DNA of 63,397 nucleotides, filler included, from Pirum gemmata (Eukaryota), in NCBI GenBank assembly GCA_002812295.1. It is 25 parts of 25 records of this genome, joined end to end, with 100 filler letters (N's around TTAATTAATTAA, not from the genome) between each part and the next. Parts side by side here need not be neighbours in the genome. Positions count along the whole stretch, not along the records: positions 61,094 to 63,397 come from PDIN01007222.1; 24 more parts are not named here. One strand, 5' to 3'. A program made the position numbers and the translations under genes. Each line of letters begins with the position of its first letter. The first letter of the stretch is position 1. Of this stretch, positions 61,191-63,397 are shown piece by piece. The notes below the pieces were generated by a model, which was not told where the DNA came from, did not search any database, and saw only the letters and a list, made by a program, of their open reading frames with translations.

Positions 61191-63032
61191 TTAAAGGATT
61201 ACAATTTTATCACTACTGTCACTTATATCCACTTCACTTAAGGCAAAGTTATCAATACTAGTGGCTTCTTTTTTGTTTTCCAAGTCAGTGGAGTTTACTT
61301 CACCCTTATTATGAACTTCAATGACTACGTCACCACCATCATTATCAGAAGATTCAGAACTTTCGATATCAAAATCCCCACCTACGCCATGCTTTTCAAT
61401 TTGTTGTTTATTTTTGTGATCAACAATGCGTGCTATGACTGTATCCCCAGAAACATTCAAAGTAGTTAAACATCTATCCAACAACCAGTCCAATGCTAGA
61501 ACGTAAGCAATAGTTTCTGGAGTTTCTTGCCCGGGGAAGCAAGCATGAAAAACCATCAAAACCCCTGGAGTTAGACCAGGTGCGGGGCTGGAGCCCATCG
61601 AAGTCAAAGCAGAAACAATACAAATAATAATCTGAGTTGCAACATCTACTTTGATCCCCACAGTACTAGCTAACCATATTTCAATTGCTGGCAAAAAGAT
61701 AGCAGAACCATCCATGTTAATAGTAGCCCCTAAAGAAAGAACAAACTTTGAAACTGATGCACTTGCTCCTAATTTCTCAACACAGCTAATTGTTGTCGGT
61801 AAGGTACTAGCACTGGATGAACAAGCAAACGCAGTAGTCATGGCAGGAAGACAACCAAAATAGTGTTTGAAAATGTTGTGTCTAGTAAAGGAAAATAACA
61901 AAATTCCTTGGAAAACCAGTAAGTGAAACAAGAACGCCATGATAATAGTGGCAAAGAGGATACCTAAGCTAGACATTGTTTCCCCTAAACTCTCTAATGA
62001 TTGGCTCCCAAATGCCGAAATAATCAAAGAGGCTACCGCGATTGGAGTGAAAAGCATAATCTTATTAGTTAAATACATTACAATTTCTAAAATCTGTTTT
62101 AAAAGCGTCGTGATGTTTTCTCCGTTGTTAGTTATTTTACCAGAAGATTTCAAAATAGTCAAGATTACACCAAAGGCTAAAGCAAACATAATCATACTCA
62201 ATAAATTAGCACTTTTATCAGCATTTCCAACAAATGATCCTAAAGCGTTTTTTGGAAGTAAATTATATAACAAATTTTTAATAGATTGTGAGGCAGATTC
62301 TGAAGTAGAAAGGTGCTCTTCTGCTCCAGATAGGATTTTCAAAGCACCAGCACCCAAATCAAGATGTGTAGAACCATTGACAAACAAAACTTTAAAACCT
62401 TTAACTTCGCCCACCTTTACCATTTCTGGAATTCTAAATGAAATGGTCTTGGGTTGAATGAAAAACAATTCAGTGACATCGGTAGCCTTAGTATCACCAT
62501 TAAAAGTAATAGAAATTTTCCCTACAATGGAATTATTATAATATCCATCATAATTTTTATTTTCAACTGAAATTCTTGCATAACTGTCCCATAATGCTTT
62601 CTTAGGATCAACAGTCACTGCGGCTACGTTAACATTAGATTTCTCCCAAGCAAATCTAAAAGATTGCACAAAAGCAAGACCTTCGAATACACCGATTATA
62701 GTAGTGGATCCATATAATAAACAAACCCATAAACTTAACTTTCCAACTGATCCTCCTACTTCAGTAATACCAACAATACCTAAAACTACCGAGCAAAAGA
62801 CTAAAGGTACAACAACCAAATATAAAGAGCGAATAAAAAGTTTGCCCGGAATGCCTAACCAATAAACTAACAATTCCGGTACATTTTCTTTTGCTGAACT
62901 TAAACCCAAACCAATGCCCACTGCAATTAAGACTGCAATCACAGTGTAGATAATCATGGAAGTATTTCTCATTTTTTTCCAAACTTTAGCCATACAGCCA
63001 GGCACTTGTACGTTTTTATCAATCCCAGACAT
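61191..63032 (-). CDS. SLC1 / DAACS-family (dicarboxylate/amino acid:cation symporter) transporter, complete, intronless
   Basis: PGKLFIRSLYLVVVPLVF (TM2), NLLPKN, ACSSSASTLP (HP1), GATINMDGS (TM7) and DWLLDRCLTTLNVSGD (TM8). Confidence 0.96.
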   Translation of the reverse strand: MSGIDKNVQVPGCMAKVWKKMRNTSMIIYTVIAVLIAVGIGLGLSSAKENVPELLVYWLGIPGKLFIRSLYLVVVPLVFCSVVLGIVGITEVGGSVGKLSLWVCLLYGSTTIIGVFEGLAFVQSFRFAWEKSNVNVAAVTVDPKKALWDSYARISVENKNYDGYYNNSIVGKISITFNGDTKATDVTELFFIQPKTISFRIPEMVKVGEVKGFKVLFVNGSTHLDLGAGALKILSGAEEHLSTSESASQSIKNLLYNLLPKNALGSFVGNADKSANLLSMIMFALAFGVILTILKSSGKITNNGENITTLLKQILEIVMYLTNKIMLFTPIAVASLIISAFGSQSLESLGETMSSLGILFATIIMAFLFHLLVFQGILLFSFTRHNIFKHYFGCLPAMTTAFACSSSASTLPTTISCVEKLGASASVSKFVLSLGATINMDGSAIFLPAIEIWLASTVGIKVDVATQIIICIVSALTSMGSSPAPGLTPGVLMVFHACFPGQETPETIAYVLALDWLLDRCLTTLNVSGDTVIARIVDHKNKQQIEKHGVGGDFDIESSESSDNDGGDVVIEVHNKGEVNSTDLENKKEATSIDNFALSEVDISDSSDKIVIL

Positions 63033-63397
63033 TTTTCGTTTTCGGTTTTGTTTTTGTTCTTTTTTGCCTTTGGTTTTTTACTTTTTCTTATATAATATTA
63101 TATAAAATATACTAAATAGTTTTTTTTTTTTAAAAAATATTATGTATAATTAATTATATAAATAAAATAAAAATTGAATTTTTTTGACCTTTTCAATTTT
63201 TTTAATTTTTTTTCCTGCTTATATACATATATATTTTTTTTTTCCCAGGTATTTTTCTCCTTTTTTAATGTTATTTTATTATTATTATTCTTGTAACAAA
63301 ATAAGCTTGTCTTCTTTCCTCTGGAATTTTCGTATAGCACACCGGTACTTTGTTTAAAATTACTTTGTCAGGGTTAGGGGTTAGAGAGCTAAGCGTT

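Noticed and set aside
61651..62457. Plus-strand ORFs 61651 and 61939
   Set aside because: Antisense shadows of the SLC1 gene.

Overview
This window is not one contiguous locus. It holds 25 short contigs or scaffolds (mostly ~2.1-2.3 kb; three of 3.2-3.9 kb) from a very AT-rich, intron-containing eukaryote, joined by 24 artificial N44-TTAATTAATTAA-N44 linkers, so adjacency across linkers means nothing. The genes read in the standard code with GT-AG introns. Most ORFs in the track are microsatellite artefacts. Manual splicing recovers these genes: an intronless SLC1/DAACS transporter (IPT/TIG-like insert, substrate Arg->Leu), the 5' part of a SERINC/TMS1 gene, a lactonase-like beta-propeller, a membrane-domain + SAM-methyltransferase fusion, a Thr/Ser-rich probably GPI-anchored protein, an LRR fragment, an intronless secreted protein with a poly-Pro/RS tail, and several orphan exons. 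The rest is repeats: abundant interstitial TTAGGG arrays (several inside introns, two ending just before the 3' splice site), at least eight MITE-like families with different target-site signatures (TA, TTA, CWG, TTAA-like, 8 bp, AAA|TTT), a decayed L1/Tx1-type LINE, a tRNA-headed SINE-like element and minisatellites. No transposase, rRNA, intact tRNA or CRISPR array was seen. All family assignments come from motif recognition by eye, not database searches.
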